Of a stretch of DNA of 64,000 bases, positions 12,149 through 22,359 are shown one piece after another (within the stretch, counting starts at the first letter, position 1; each line of letters starts with the position of its first letter). Below the pieces are notes generated by a model that was given only the letters and a program-made list of their open reading frames with translations, did no database searches and was not told the DNA's origin. The stretch is from the NCBI GenBank assembly GCA_963736895.1, contig CAVTQU010000010.1:131111-195110 (forward strand), in the 5' to 3' direction. The translations under genes were made by a program, and so were the position numbers. Origin of the DNA: an uncultured Chloroflexia bacterium (lineage in GTDB: Bacteria; Chloroflexota; Limnocylindria; Limnocylindrales; CSP1-4).

Positions 12149-12550
12149 GTGAGCCGCATCCCGACGCTGTTCCGCTACCGCGGCCGCGAGGGCATGATCG
12201 CCTGGGCGTTTCACCGCATCAGCGGCATCGGCATCTTCGCTTTCGTGGTGCTCCACGTCGTCGACATCTACCTGGTCGGAGGCAATCCCGAGCTGTACGA
12301 CGACGTGCTGTCGTTCTACGCCAGCGTGCCCGGCCGGCTGCTCGAGGTGGTGCTCGGCGCTGCGCTGCTCTACCACGCGCTCAACGGGCTGCGGATCATC
12401 ATCATCGACCTCTGGCCGCGGATGACCGTCTATCACCGGCAGCTGTGGTGGGGGACGTGGATCATCTTCATCGGCGTCGGCGTCCCCGGCGCGCTGATCA
12501 TTCTTCGACCGGTCTGGTTGCCCTTCCTGCAGCAGCTGGGGCTCGCCTGA
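12149..12550 (+). CDS. sdhC: succinate dehydrogenase cytochrome b subunit
   Basis: 133-aa, 3-TM protein with a conserved His (VVLHVVD). It lies immediately upstream of sdhD/A/B, and its TGA overlaps the sdhD ATG. Confidence 0.8.
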   Translation: MSRIPTLFRYRGREGMIAWAFHRISGIGIFAFVVLHVVDIYLVGGNPELYDDVLSFYASVPGRLLEVVLGAALLYHALNGLRIIIIDLWPRMTVYHRQLWWGTWIIFIGVGVPGALIILRPVWLPFLQQLGLA

Positions 12551-13029
12551 TGGCCGCCGAGACGACCGCCACAGAGCCGACCCCGATCGATACGCCACCG
12601 ACAGACGCTGCCTCCGGCACGCCGCCACCGATCGAGGTTTCGCCGGTATCCAAGGCGCGTCGTCGGCCGACCGGCAGCCGTCGCGAGCTCTACGCCTGGT
12701 ACCTGATGCGCGTCACCGGCGTGGCCTTGTTCGTGCTGGCGCTGGCGCACTTCAGCATCCTGCACTTCATCTGGGACCCGGCGCAGCAGACGGCCGACTT
12801 CATCGCCAACGAACGGTGGAACCAGATCTTCTGGCGCGGCTTCGACTGGCTGCTGCTGATGACCGTGCTGTTCCACGGCTTCCTCGGTGTGCGGACGGTC
12901 GTGCTGGACTACATCCGCAGCCAGAAGTGGCGCGAGTTCACGCTGGTCCTGCTGTACGTGCTCGGCTTCGTGCTGTTCGTCATCGGGACCCAGGTCATCC
13001 TGACCCTGCCCACCCCCGGCGCGTCCTGA
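12550..13029 (+). CDS. sdhD: succinate dehydrogenase hydrophobic membrane anchor subunit
   Basis: ATG 12550 (TGATG overlap). The TM-rich C-terminal two thirds read [22 protein letters not shown]...[21 protein letters not shown]. Position between sdhC and sdhA supports the call. Confidence 0.7.
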   Translation: MAAETTATEPTPIDTPPTDAASGTPPPIEVSPVSKARRRPTGSRRELYAWYLMRVTGVALFVLALAHFSILHFIWDPAQQTADFIANERWNQIFWRGFDWLLLMTVLFHGFLGVRTVVLDYIRSQKWREFTLVLLYVLGFVLFVIGTQVILTLPTPGAS

Positions 13030-13033
13030 AGCG

Positions 13034-14788
13034 GTGACGCCCAAGCCCACCGTCCACGACTACTCCGCGGTGATCGTCGGTGCCGGCGGCGCCGGTCTGT
13101 GGGCGGCGCTCGAGCTCGCGCGCAACAACGTCAAGACGGCCGTCCTCACCAAGCTCTATCCGACGCGCTCCCACACCGGGGCCGCACAGGGCGGCATCTG
13201 CGCGGCGCTGGGCAACCAGGAAGAAGACCACCCCGAGTGGCACATGTACGACACGGTCAAGGGCGGTGACTACCTGGTCGACCAGGACGCGGCCGAGATC
13301 CTGGCCAACGAGGCGATCGACACCGTCATCGAGCTCGAGCACATGGGCCTGCCGTTCAATCGGACGCCCGACGGGAAGATCGACCAGCGCCGTTTCGGCG
13401 GACACACGCGCAACTTCGGCGAGGGCCCCGTCCGGCGGTCCTGCTTCGCCGCCGACCGAACCGGCCACATGATCCTGCAGACGCTGTACCAGCAATGCAT
13501 CAAGCACGGCGTCGAGTTCTTCGACGAATACCACGTCGTCGACCTGCTGCTCGACGGCTGGCCGACGCCCACGACGCGCGGCGTGGTTGCGTACCGCATC
13601 GCCGACGGCGAGCTGCATCTCTTCCGCGCTCCGGCGGTGATGTTCGCCACAGGCGGGTTCGGCCGCATGTTCCGCGTCACCTCCAACGCCTTCTCGCTGA
13701 CCGGCGACGGAGTCGCGCTGTGCTACCGGCGCGGCGTGCCGCTGGAGGACATGGAGTTCTACCAATTCCACCCGACGGGCATCGTCGGCATCGGCATCCT
13801 GCTGTCAGAAGCGGCGCGCGGCGAGGGCGGCATTCTGCGCAACGACTCCGGCGAGCGGTTCATGGAGCGCTACGCGCCGACGCTGCTCGATCTCGCGCCG
13901 CGCGACATGGTCAGCCGCGCCATCTACATGGAGATACGCGAGGGCCGCGGCATCGGCGGCAAGGACTACGTGCACATGGACCTGACCCATCTGGGCAAGA
14001 AGGTCATCGACGAGAAGCTGCCCGACATCACCGAGTTCGCCCGCGTCTATCAGGGCATCGAGCCGATCACCCAGCCGGTGCCGATCCAGCCCACAGCGCA
14101 CTACGCGATGGGCGGCATCCCAACGACCGTCGAGTCACGCGTCATCGGCGACGAGAAGAACACGGTCGTGCCCGGCCTGTACGCGGCAGGGGAGTGCGCG
14201 TGCGTGTCGGTGCATGGCGCAAATCGGCTGGGCACCAACTCGCTGATCGACATCCTGGTGTTCGGTCGCCGCGCTGGTCGGGCGATCGAGCAGGACCTCG
14301 CCGCGGGGCTGGCGATGCCGGATCTCCCGGCCGATGCCGCGGAGCCGGTGCGCGCCGAGATCGAAGGCATGCGCACGCGTCCACGTGGCGAGAACGCTCA
14401 CAAGATCCGGCTCGAGCTGGCCGATCTGATGATGGACAAGTGCGGCGTCTTCCGGACCGAGGAGACGCTGCGCGAGCTCACGCAGGACGTCCGCGGACTG
14501 CGCGATCGTTACGCCAACGTCGCGGTGGGTGACCAGGGACGTGTCTTCAACACCGACCTTCTCGAGGCACGCGAGGTGGGCTACCTGCTCGACTGTGCCG
14601 AGACGACCGTGGCCGCGGCTCTTGCCCGCACGGAGTCACGCGGCGGCCATTCCCGTGAGGACTATCCCGAGCGCAACGACACCGATTGGCTCAAGCACTC
14701 CCTGGCGTTCAAGGCGGAGGGTGGGCCGCAGCTGCGCTACAAGCCGGTCACGATCACGCGCTTCGAACCCAAACCCCGGACATACTGA
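13034..14788 (+). CDS. sdhA: succinate dehydrogenase flavoprotein subunit
   Basis: Intact 584 aa with the FAD-binding N-terminus [14 protein letters not shown], the covalent-FAD His region [10 protein letters not shown], and HYAMGGIPT and [11 protein letters not shown] motifs. Confidence 0.96.
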   Translation: MTPKPTVHDYSAVIVGAGGAGLWAALELARNNVKTAVLTKLYPTRSHTGAAQGGICAALGNQEEDHPEWHMYDTVKGGDYLVDQDAAEILANEAIDTVIELEHMGLPFNRTPDGKIDQRRFGGHTRNFGEGPVRRSCFAADRTGHMILQTLYQQCIKHGVEFFDEYHVVDLLLDGWPTPTTRGVVAYRIADGELHLFRAPAVMFATGGFGRMFRVTSNAFSLTGDGVALCYRRGVPLEDMEFYQFHPTGIVGIGILLSEAARGEGGILRNDSGERFMERYAPTLLDLAPRDMVSRAIYMEIREGRGIGGKDYVHMDLTHLGKKVIDEKLPDITEFARVYQGIEPITQPVPIQPTAHYAMGGIPTTVESRVIGDEKNTVVPGLYAAGECACVSVHGANRLGTNSLIDILVFGRRAGRAIEQDLAAGLAMPDLPADAAEPVRAEIEGMRTRPRGENAHKIRLELADLMMDKCGVFRTEETLRELTQDVRGLRDRYANVAVGDQGRVFNTDLLEAREVGYLLDCAETTVAAALARTESRGGHSREDYPERNDTDWLKHSLAFKAEGGPQLRYKPVTITRFEPKPRTY

Positions 14789-14793
14789 GCACA

Positions 14794-15492
14794 ATGCAGA
14801 TCGACCTGCGCATCCTGCGCTACGACCCCGAACGCGACAAGAAGCCGCACTGGGACCGCTACAACGTCGAGTCCGAGCCCATGGACCGCGTCCTCGACCT
14901 GCTCCATCGCGTCAAGTGGGAGCACGACGGCCGGCTGACCTTCCGACGTTCGTGCGCCCACGGCGTCTGCGGCTCGGACGCGATGCTGATCAACGGCCGC
15001 AACCGGCTGGCGTGCAAGATCCGCGTCGACCAGCTGGGCAAGAAGATCTCGGTCGCGCCGCTGCCCGGCCTGCCGGTCATCAAGGACCTCGTCGTCGACA
15101 TGGAGGACTTCTTCGCCAAGTACCGCAGCGTCAAGCCCTTCCTGCAGGCGGACGACGCGCCGCCGGAGCGGGAGCGTCACCAGTCGGCCGAGCAGCGGGA
15201 GCGCTACGACGACACCACCAAGTGCATCCTGTGCGCTGCGTGCACCTCGTCGTGCCCGTCGTTCTGGGCTCAGCCGTCGTACGTGGGGCCGGCCGCGATC
15301 GTGAACGCGCACCGCTTCATCTTCGACTCGCGCGACGATCACGCCGAGGAGCGGCTCGAGATCCTGGCCGACAAGGACGGCGTGTGGCGTTGCCGGACGA
15401 TCTTCAACTGTGTCGATGCGTGCCCGCGCGGCATCAACATCACCCAGGCGATCCTCGAAGTATCGAGCGCCATCGCGGACGGGCACAGCTGA
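14794..15492 (+). CDS. sdhB: succinate dehydrogenase iron-sulfur subunit
   Basis: MQIDLRILRYDPERD... with Cys clusters CAHGVCGSDAMLINGRNRLAC, CILCAACTSSCP and CRTIFNCVDACP. Confidence 0.95.
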   Translation: MQIDLRILRYDPERDKKPHWDRYNVESEPMDRVLDLLHRVKWEHDGRLTFRRSCAHGVCGSDAMLINGRNRLACKIRVDQLGKKISVAPLPGLPVIKDLVVDMEDFFAKYRSVKPFLQADDAPPERERHQSAEQRERYDDTTKCILCAACTSSCPSFWAQPSYVGPAAIVNAHRFIFDSRDDHAEERLEILADKDGVWRCRTIFNCVDACPRGINITQAILEVSSAIADGHS

Positions 15493-15952
15493 TCGACCGC
15501 GTCCTGATTCGCGCGGACGGCGCGTCGCGAAGCAACCCCGGCCCCGCTGCCGCCGGGCGCGGTGATCATCGACGCTTCTCTGCCCGGCGCGCGCCAGGCC
15601 CGACGCCCCGCCAGTCGCCCGAATTTCACGGCCTCTGGGCATCCAGACCAACAACTACGCCGAGTACATGGGCGTCATCCTGGCGCTCGAGAAGGCGCTC
15701 GCCCTTGGGGCGCGGGAGGTCGAGCTCGTGCTCGACTCCAAGCTCATCGTCGAGCAGCTTTCGGGGCGCTGGAAGGTCAAGCATCCGGCCATTCGGCCGC
15801 TCGCCGCGCGGGCGATGGAACTGCTGCGCCAGTTCGACCGCTGGTCGCTCCGCCACGAGCGCCGCGAGAACAACGTCCAGGCGGACGCGATGGCCAATCT
15901 CGCACTGGACGACCCGGCGGGAGCGCTGATCGCGGAAGCTGAAGGAGCCTGA
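15489..15952 (+). CDS. rnhA: RNase H-like protein (RNase HI / Rv2228c N-domain type), two frame disruptions, non-canonical CTG start inferred
   Basis: (L)IDRVLIRADGASRSNPGPAAAG / AVIIDASLPGAR...FTASG / IQTNNYAEYMGVILALEKALALGAREVELVLDSKLIVEQLSGRWKVKH... with breaks near 15550 and 15640. There is no in-frame ATG/GTG/TTG near the conserved N-terminus. CTG 15489 overlaps the sdhB TGA (CTGA). Confidence 0.7.
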
Positions 15953-15987
15953 CGGTCGAACGGGTGTTCTAATCGGGTAGAATGGGG

Positions 15988-16346
15988 GAGCCAGCGAGAT
16001 GGTCGGACGGTCGCGTATCCCGTCGGCGCAAGCCGTTACTGATACGAGGAAAGTCCGAGCTCCGCGACGCAGGGTAGCGGGTAACTCCCGTCCGCCGAGA
16101 GGCGAGGACCAGTGCCACAGAGACGAGCCGGCAGACGGTGCAAGCCGTTGGGCCGGGTGAAACGGGCAAACTCTACCTGGAGCAAGGCCAAATAGGAGAG
16201 CAGTCGGGCTTCGGCTCGACGGGAGTGCGTCGCTTCGCTCTCGGGTCGGCCGCTTGAGGCGGCGGGCAACCGCCGTCGTAGATGGATGACCGTCCCCGAT
16301 CGCAAGGTCGGGACAGAACTCGGCTTACAGACCGTCTCGCTGGCTT
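15988..16346 (+). ncRNA. rnpB: RNase P RNA, bacterial type A
   Basis: Conserved GAGGAAAGTCCGAGCTCC (about 16045-16062) and ACAGAACTCGGCTTACAG (16313-16330). P1 pairing is CCAGCGAGATGGTC (15991-) with GACCGTCTCGCTGG (-16343). A -10-like TAGAAT at 15978-15983 sits about 7 nt upstream of the inferred 5' end. Confidence 0.9.
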
Positions 16347-16365
16347 TTCTGTGCCTGGCGCGCTC

Positions 16366-16581
16366 TTAGCTGAGCAGAACTATCGCCAAGCCGATTGCGA
16401 TGATCACCACGAAGCCAACGATGATCGCGAGAAGGACTGTGCGGCCGATTGAGCCGTCGGTGCGATCGCCGCGGTCCGAACCCCGACCCGCAGCGTCCTG
16501 GGCATTCAAGTCGTCAGCAACGTCGTTGGACAGTTGCTCGCCCAGCCGACCGTACTGGTTGCCGTGGAAGGTCATTGCCAA
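16366..16581 (-). CDS. hypothetical small tail-anchored membrane protein (71 aa)
   Basis: The ORF has an acidic/Gly-rich N-terminal part and a single C-terminal TM, TVLLAIIVGFVVIIAIGLAIVLLS. Third-position GC is moderately high by eye. No recognisable family. Confidence 0.4.
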   Translation of the reverse strand: MAMTFHGNQYGRLGEQLSNDVADDLNAQDAAGRGSDRGDRTDGSIGRTVLLAIIVGFVVIIAIGLAIVLLS

Positions 16582-17009
16582 CGAGTATGCGCCTGGAGCG
16601 CTACTGAATCAGTCGGAGTCGGGCCGGAAGATCCCCTGGTACGTGCACGACTCGCACACCGGTCGAGCCGAGTCGATGTCGCCCAACGACACGGCCTTGC
16701 GCCGGTCGGGGAACGTGCACGCCACCTCGTACATCGGCAGGGCGCGCGCGTCCGACGACCATCTCTATCCGACGGAAGGTGCAACGGCGCAGCGGAGCCT
16801 GCGGTGCCCGGGGCATTGCGGGCGCGGCAAAAGGGCGAGGCATGACGGCCATGGGCGGGACTTTATGCGTGCGGTGCAGTGCGGTAAGGCAACCAGCAGT
16901 ACTAGCCGACTTTGATCTTGTGGCGGCCAACTCCGGCTGTCGGCGATCTGACTACCATCCAGCGCGATGTCCACGCTCACCGGAAACCGCCGCTTCGGAC
17001 TGCGTCGAC

Positions 17010-17706
17010 GTGGCGATCTACGCCGTCGGCGTCGCCGGGCTGGCGATGTGCCTGACGCTCATCTTCCTGTCGATGCGCGCGGTGATGGACATCGGCGGGT
17101 TCTGCGCCGAGGGCGGTCCCTACGTCATCGAGACCCACTGCCCGGACGGGGTGCCGCTGCTTGCTGGTCGGCGGGATCTTCGGACTCTTCGGTTTCGGTG
17201 GCCTGATGGTCTGGAAAGGCGTCGTGCTGGGCGACCCATATCCATGGCTCGTGGCACTGGCCTGGCCGGTGCTGTTTCTGAGCCTGGGTTGGAACTTTCT
17301 CCAATACGCGCTGTCGGCGCCGGCAGAGGAGGGGATCGTCTGGGGCTGGCTCATCCCCGGCGTCCTGTTCGTGATCATGGGCGGCGCGCCACTCCTGGCC
17401 GCCTTGCCGTGGGGCCACACCGGTCGTGCCGGCGCGGCCCGATCTCGACTCGCCAGCTCGGTCGCGCCGCGATCGGCCCAACTGGATTACGAGCGGACCG
17501 ATCTCGCCACGATGATGACCAAGGTGCTGGGCGAGCGGACCGGAGGATCACACGCCCGCACACTCCACCAGCACGACACGACTCACACGCAGACTCGCTT
17601 GGTGTCCGAGCTCGAGCGACTGGCCGCGCTCCACCGAGCCGGCGACCTTTCCTACGATGAGTTCGAGCGTGCAAAGAAGGCCCTGATCGCGGAGGCGGGT
17701 GGCTGA
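17010..17706 (+). CDS. membrane protein with C-terminal SHOCT domain, one frame disruption; start uncertain
   Basis: Pieces 16779..17660 and 17161..17706 join near 17160 (HCPDGVPL / LLVGGIFGLFGFGGLMVWKG). There are several TM helices. The C-terminus LERLAALHRAGDLSYDEFERAKKALI matches the SHOCT motif. GTG 17010 is the nearest in-frame start before the first TM. Confidence 0.55.
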
Positions 17707-17822
17707 TGAGCTCGTTCGGGCAACCGTCTTACGCACCGCCACGCTGGATCGCCGTCGTGGTGGTGGCCGCGGCCGTGCTTGGGGTGCTCCTCGCGTTGTG
17801 GCTGTTCGGGGCAATCACCTAG
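17706..17822 (+). CDS. hypothetical 38-aa single-TM peptide
   Basis: MSSFGQPSYAPPRWIAVVVVAAAVLGVLLALWLFGAIT. Its ATG overlaps the upstream TGA (TGATG), which suggests translational coupling. It is too short for the ORF track. Confidence 0.3.
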   Translation: MSSFGQPSYAPPRWIAVVVVAAAVLGVLLALWLFGAIT

Positions 17823-18282
17823 CCGCGACCGCGCCCGAGCGCCCGCTGTATCTGCGGGGATACCACTCGACGTAATCGCCTCGTTTCTGACCCGAATTGC
17901 GTCCTGGCGGTTCACGACCGGAAACATTCAGCGCATCGAGTGGGTCGCCGTGTCTCTGCGGAGTGACATCCATAGGCTGACAGCTCACCAGTTGTTCACG
18001 GCCAGATGACATTGAGCCCAGGACGGCCTGTCGCCGCGGGACCCAGCCTCAGGGCGGCGTCGTGCCCAAACGCCAATGGGTGCAACGCTAAGTCGAGTCC
18101 GAGCGCCTTCGTCAACCGGGAGCGCCGCGTCGGGCTGAGCGTGGCTACCCGTCAGTTCGCCAGCGATGCGTGCTCAGTGGCGCCGAGTTCGTCGGGACAT
18201 TTGCGTAAACCGACGTCCGGTGGTCGTCTGACGGGACAAATCGGTGATCGCCGCGGGTGGGTCCACATGTGCGAAATGGGGC

Positions 18283-18310
18283 TTGACGGCCCTGAATTGC
18301 CGTCTATGAT
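18283..18310 (+). promoter_or_regulatory. candidate sigma70-type promoter of the dcw operon (Pmra)
   Basis: -35 TTGACG at 18283-18288, a 16-nt spacer, and -10 TATGAT at 18305-18310, in an otherwise GC-rich 630-nt non-coding region upstream of mraZ. Confidence 0.5.
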
Positions 18311-18316
18311 GCCGCG

Positions 18317-18356
18317 AAGTGGTCCAAAGTGGATCGAAGTGGGGAGATAGGGTGGA
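18317..18356 (+). promoter_or_regulatory. MraZ operator-like direct repeats (AAGTGG x3 at exact 10-bp spacing plus a fourth GGTGGA)
   Basis: AAGTGGT (18317), AAGTGGA (18327) and AAGTGGG (18337), then GGTGGA (18351). The array starts 7 nt after the -10 and about 95 nt upstream of the mraZ start. It matches the known GTGG[G/T]-type MraZ repeat arrangement. Confidence 0.6.
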
Positions 18357-18449
18357 AGCGTATCCCGTCCGGCAGGTGATCAAGGCCTCCGGTGGTGAAC
18401 GCGACCGCCGTCGTTCAGTCGGGGCAGTAACTGGACCAGAGGTAGCGGC

Positions 18450-18878
18450 TTGTTCACCGGCGAGTACCGCCACGCAATCGACGCCAAGGGGCGGGTGGCC
18501 GTCCCTGCGCGGTTTCGGGCCGAGCTCGCAGCTGGGGCATTCGTGAGCCGCTGGATCGACACCTGCCTGGCCATCTTCCCGAAGCAGGAGTGGGACAGGT
18601 TCGCCGACAGCGTGGCGCAACTTCCCGTCTCCGACGCTGGAGCCCGCGTTTTTTCGCGGTTCGTGTTCTCGGGGGCGTTCGAGTTTCTCCTCGACGCCCA
18701 GGGTCGGCTGGTTCTACCGCCGGCCCTGCGCGATTTCGCGCACCTCACGAACGAAGCGGTGGTGGTTGGCTCGCGCAATCACATCGAGCTGTGGGAGCCC
18801 GAAATCTGGGCCACCTACAGCGAGGAGATGAACTCTCCCGATGCGCTTGCCGCGCACATCACCAACCTCGGCATCTAG
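18450..18878 (+). CDS. mraZ: transcriptional regulator MraZ
   Basis: Intact 142 aa. TTG start gives the canonical MFTGEYRHAIDAKGRVAVPARFR. Two SpoVT/AbrB-like halves, with the second reading LDAQGRLVLPPALR. Confidence 0.93.
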   Translation: MFTGEYRHAIDAKGRVAVPARFRAELAAGAFVSRWIDTCLAIFPKQEWDRFADSVAQLPVSDAGARVFSRFVFSGAFEFLLDAQGRLVLPPALRDFAHLTNEAVVVGSRNHIELWEPEIWATYSEEMNSPDALAAHITNLGI

Positions 18879-18886
18879 CGCACTAA

Positions 18887-19877
18887 ATGAGCCTCCAGGG
18901 CTTGCGTGGGCCGTCGCCGGCGGCAGTTGATATGGAGGAAGGGCACTTGCCTGTGATGGTGCAGGAGGTATTGGAGTCTCTTGCACCCGCTCCGGGCAGC
19001 CTCCAGATAGATGCAACCGTCGGTGGCGGAGGGCACTCCGTGCGAGTCCTGGAGGCCGCCAATCCGGACGGCCGATTGCTCGGCCTGGACGCGGATGCGG
19101 CAGCCATTGCAAGGACGGCCAATCGACTGAAGGGGTATGGCGACCGAGTGACGCTCCGCCAGACGAACTTCGAGCACCTCGCCGACGCGGCGGCCGAAGC
19201 GGGATTCGTTCCGGCCGATGGGGTGCTGTTCGACCTGGGACTCAGCTCGTACCAGCTGGCGGACGAAGAACGCGCGTTCAGCTTTCGAGCCGAGGGTCCG
19301 CTGGACATGCGCTTCGACACCTCGCGCGGCGTTCCGGCGAGCCAGCTGATCGCGGAGATGGACGAGCAGCAGCTGACGACGCTGTTCCGGCAGTACGGCG
19401 AGGAGCCGCACGCGCGCCGCATCGCTCGAGCGATCGTGGCCGCGCGCACGCAGGAACCAATCGAGACGGGCACGCAGCTGGCCGACATCGTGAGCCGCGG
19501 CCGCTCCGGCGCCGCCACGCGGCCGACGTCGGGTGCATCCGGCGACGCGCGTCTTCCAGGCGCTGCGCATCGCGGTCAACGAGGAACTAGAAACTCTCCC
19601 AAGAGCGCTTGAGGCGGCCGTCGACGTGCTGGGCGACGGCGGCCGCCTCGCGGTCATCAGCTATCACTCGCTGGAGGACCGCATCGTGAAGCGCTTCATC
19701 GCCGCGGAGCGCCGCGGCTGCACGTGTCCGCCGGAGTTTCCGGTGTGCGTCTGCGGCCGATCGCCGCGCCTCGCGTTGATTGGCCCGCAGCCGCGGCGCC
19801 CAACGGCCGAGGAGATCGAGCGCAACCCGCGATCCCGTAGCGCACTGCTGCGCGCGGCACGAAAGCTGGCCGCATGA
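18887..19877 (+). CDS. rsmH: 16S rRNA (cytosine1402-N4)-methyltransferase RsmH, one frame disruption
   Basis: [41 protein letters not shown] and [13 protein letters not shown], then a break near 19510, then [21 protein letters not shown]...[15 protein letters not shown]. Alternative start ATG 18932. Confidence 0.9.
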
Positions 19878-20071
19878 GCCGCCGCAACAGCTCGTCGCGC
19901 CGGCGCAACTACGGCCGCCGCCAGCACGAGGTCCGCGAACGCCGGCCGTCACCGTTGACGCGCGGTGACTGGCATGTCGACGGCACGCCCGAGGACTGGT
20001 CGGCTTCCGAGATGAACGATGAGCGGCCGCCTGGCGGCTCGGCCGACGCGCTTGGCGGTGCGCAGCAATGA
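19874..20071 (+). CDS. hypothetical 65-aa Arg-rich protein between rsmH and ftsL (or a detached FtsL N-terminus)
   Basis: ATGA overlaps at both ends, with the rsmH stop and with the ftsL start. Third-position GC is very high by eye, like neighbouring genes. [24 protein letters not shown]... has no recognisable family. Confidence 0.45.
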   Translation: MSRRNSSSRRRNYGRRQHEVRERRPSPLTRGDWHVDGTPEDWSASEMNDERPPGGSADALGGAQQ

Positions 20072-20478
20072 CGGCACTCCAGGGTGCGCGGCCAATCGGG
20101 GTCGGCGGCCTTCGCGTCAACCCGCGCGTCAGCACGCACGGCGGCGCACGCCCAGCGGCTGCCGCTCCCGCAACGACTCGCCGCCGCGTTTCCGCGCCGG
20201 TCCGCTCACGCCGCCGTGCGCAACCGGTGGGAGCGCTGATCGCGGTCGTTCTCGTCGGCCTGCTGATCGGACTGATCTACGTGGCCCAGACGATTCACCT
20301 GGCCGCGACCAACTACGCGATCGACGGCCTCATCGCCGAACGAGACGATCTCTCGCGGCAGGTACAGACGCTCGAGACCAGCGTGCTGCACTGGGGGACC
20401 GAGGCAACGGTTCTCGACCACGCTCAGCGTCTCGGGCTGGATCAGCTCGAAACCAGGATCAGATTGCCAGCGCGCTGA
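20068..20478 (+). CDS. ftsL: cell division protein FtsL-like (septum formation initiator)
   Basis: 136 aa: basic N-terminus, one TM (ALIAVVLVGLLIGLIYVA), then a coiled-coil-like segment. Canonical position between rsmH and ftsI. Confidence 0.7.
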   Translation: MTALQGARPIGVGGLRVNPRVSTHGGARPAAAAPATTRRRVSAPVRSRRRAQPVGALIAVVLVGLLIGLIYVAQTIHLAATNYAIDGLIAERDDLSRQVQTLETSVLHWGTEATVLDHAQRLGLDQLETRIRLPAR

Positions 20479-20481
20479 CCG

Positions 20482-22332
20482 ATGCTCGGTCGGACTGACA
20501 GCCGCGCACGGCTGCTACTGCTGCTCTGCTTCCTGGGTCTGTTTGCCGGTGCCCTGACGCTGCGCCTTGCCTACTGGCAGATCGGCCAGGGCGATGAGCT
20601 CCGGACGCTCGCCGACCAGCAGCTGGCCAATCCGGCCGAAGCGCAGACGAGACGCGGCGAGATCGTCGACAGCCGCGGATCGGTTCTCGCCACCACGGCC
20701 TATCGAGACCGACTGGCCGCGTATCCCGACCTGATGAACAGCGAGGATCGCCCCAAGATCGCGCGACGGCTGGGCGAGATCCTGGGCATGAACGGTCAGC
20801 AGGTCGACGACCTGATCTCGACCTTCGATGCGGCACCGCAGTACACGGTCGTCGCCCGACGACTCACCGTCGACCAGAGCGACCAGGTGCGCGAAGGGCT
20901 GCGCGGCGGCGAGCTCGCGGCGCTCGAGCTCGATCCCCAACCGGTTCGCTTCTACCCCAACAGCGGCGGCTATCCCGACACGACGCTCGCCAGCCAGCTC
21001 CTGGGTTTCGTCACGGACGACGGCCAGGGCCGCTACGGCATCGAGCAGTTCGGGCAGGATCTGCTCGCCGGCACGGACGCTGCTACCGCAGATCTCGGGG
21101 CGGACCTCGGAGCCGACGCTCCGGCAGACTGCCGCAGTCGGGCGAACAGGTCCAGCTGACCATCGATGCCAGCCTGCAGCTGCGACTCGAGAAGGAGCTC
21201 TACGCCGCGTGGGTCGCCGACCAGGCGCCGCGTGTCACGGGGCTCGTCATGGATCCGTACACGGGCGCGATCCTGGCCTGGGCCTCCGTGCCCGGCTACG
21301 ACGCCAACGATTACGTCGATACGGCCGAGAACTGCGCCCGAGCTGTTTGCCGATCCCATCGTCAGCCAGGTGTACGAGCCGGGATCGGTGATGAAGATGT
21401 TCACGGCCGCGGCGGCGCTCGAAGAGGGCGTCGTCAACCTGAACACTCCCGTGGCCGACGGTCGCGTCCTGCGAATCGGCCCCGACGAGGTACGCAACGG
21501 CGACCTCGACAGCATCGGCACCGTGCCGTTCCAGGACATCATCGCCAGGTCGCGTAACGTCGGAGTCGGGAAAGGTCGCGCTGAATCTCGCAAACACCAC
21601 GGACGCCGGGCGCAGTCGTCCTTTATGACATGTGGCAGAGGCTGGGCATTGGTCGCCCGACCGGAATCGAGCTGGGAAACGAATCGACGGGCATCGTCGC
21701 CGACCCACTGGCGACGCCGTGGCAGACGATCGACCTCGTCAACCGCGCCTTCGGACAGGGCGTTGCGGTGACGCCACTTCAGCTGGCGCGCGGCTTCAGC
21801 GCGATGATCAACGGCGGCAACCTGGTCACGCCGCACCTCGTCGAGTCGCTGGGCGGAGAAGCCGTCTCGTCGCAGGAACCGCAGCAGGTCATGGAAACGG
21901 GTCTGTCCGAACAAGCTCCAGCAGCTGATGATCCACGTCGTCGAGGCCGGCCCGCATTACGCTGCCGAGACGCTGATCCCGAACTATGTCGTGGGCGGCA
22001 AGACCGGCACGGCACAGATCTGGGACCAGCAGGCCGGTGCGTGGATGATCGACACCTACAACCACACGTTCATCGGTTTCGTTGGCTCCGAGAAGCCGGA
22101 GGCGGTCATCCTGGTACGCATCCACGACACCGAGCCGCACGTCAAGCGCAGCTGGGGAATGACCCTGGAGATGTCCTCGAACGAGCTCTTCCGACGGGTC
22201 GCCATGGACGCCATCACGACCATGGACATTCCGCCACTTGCGCCGGATTCGCCACTCCAGGAAGCGCCGGAGGAGATCCAGCCGTATCCCGCCGACCAGC
22301 CAGCCGCCGGCGGCACGATCGACTGGCCCTGA
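20482..22332 (+). CDS. ftsI: peptidoglycan D,D-transpeptidase FtsI (class B PBP), about 5 frame disruptions
   Basis: N-terminal TM plus dimerisation domain (20482..21159). The reading continues through frames near 21120, 21335, 21575, 21608 and 21915. All catalytic motifs are retained: SVMK (SxxK), SRN (SxN) and KTGT. The C-terminal piece is 21928..22332. Confidence 0.88.
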
Positions 22333-22359
22333 CGGGCTCTCGCAGTAGGATGTGCGGCC

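Noticed and set aside
17823-18282. A small RNA (SRP/6S-like) or small proteins in the lower-GC region upstream of the dcw promoter, including ORFs 17815..18012(-), 17779..18009(+) and 18006..18350(+).
   Set aside because: There is only a loose resemblance (ACCGGAAAC..CAGC) to the SRP RNA core, and I could build no convincing helices. The ORFs have lower third-position GC than real genes here and no SD or family signal.
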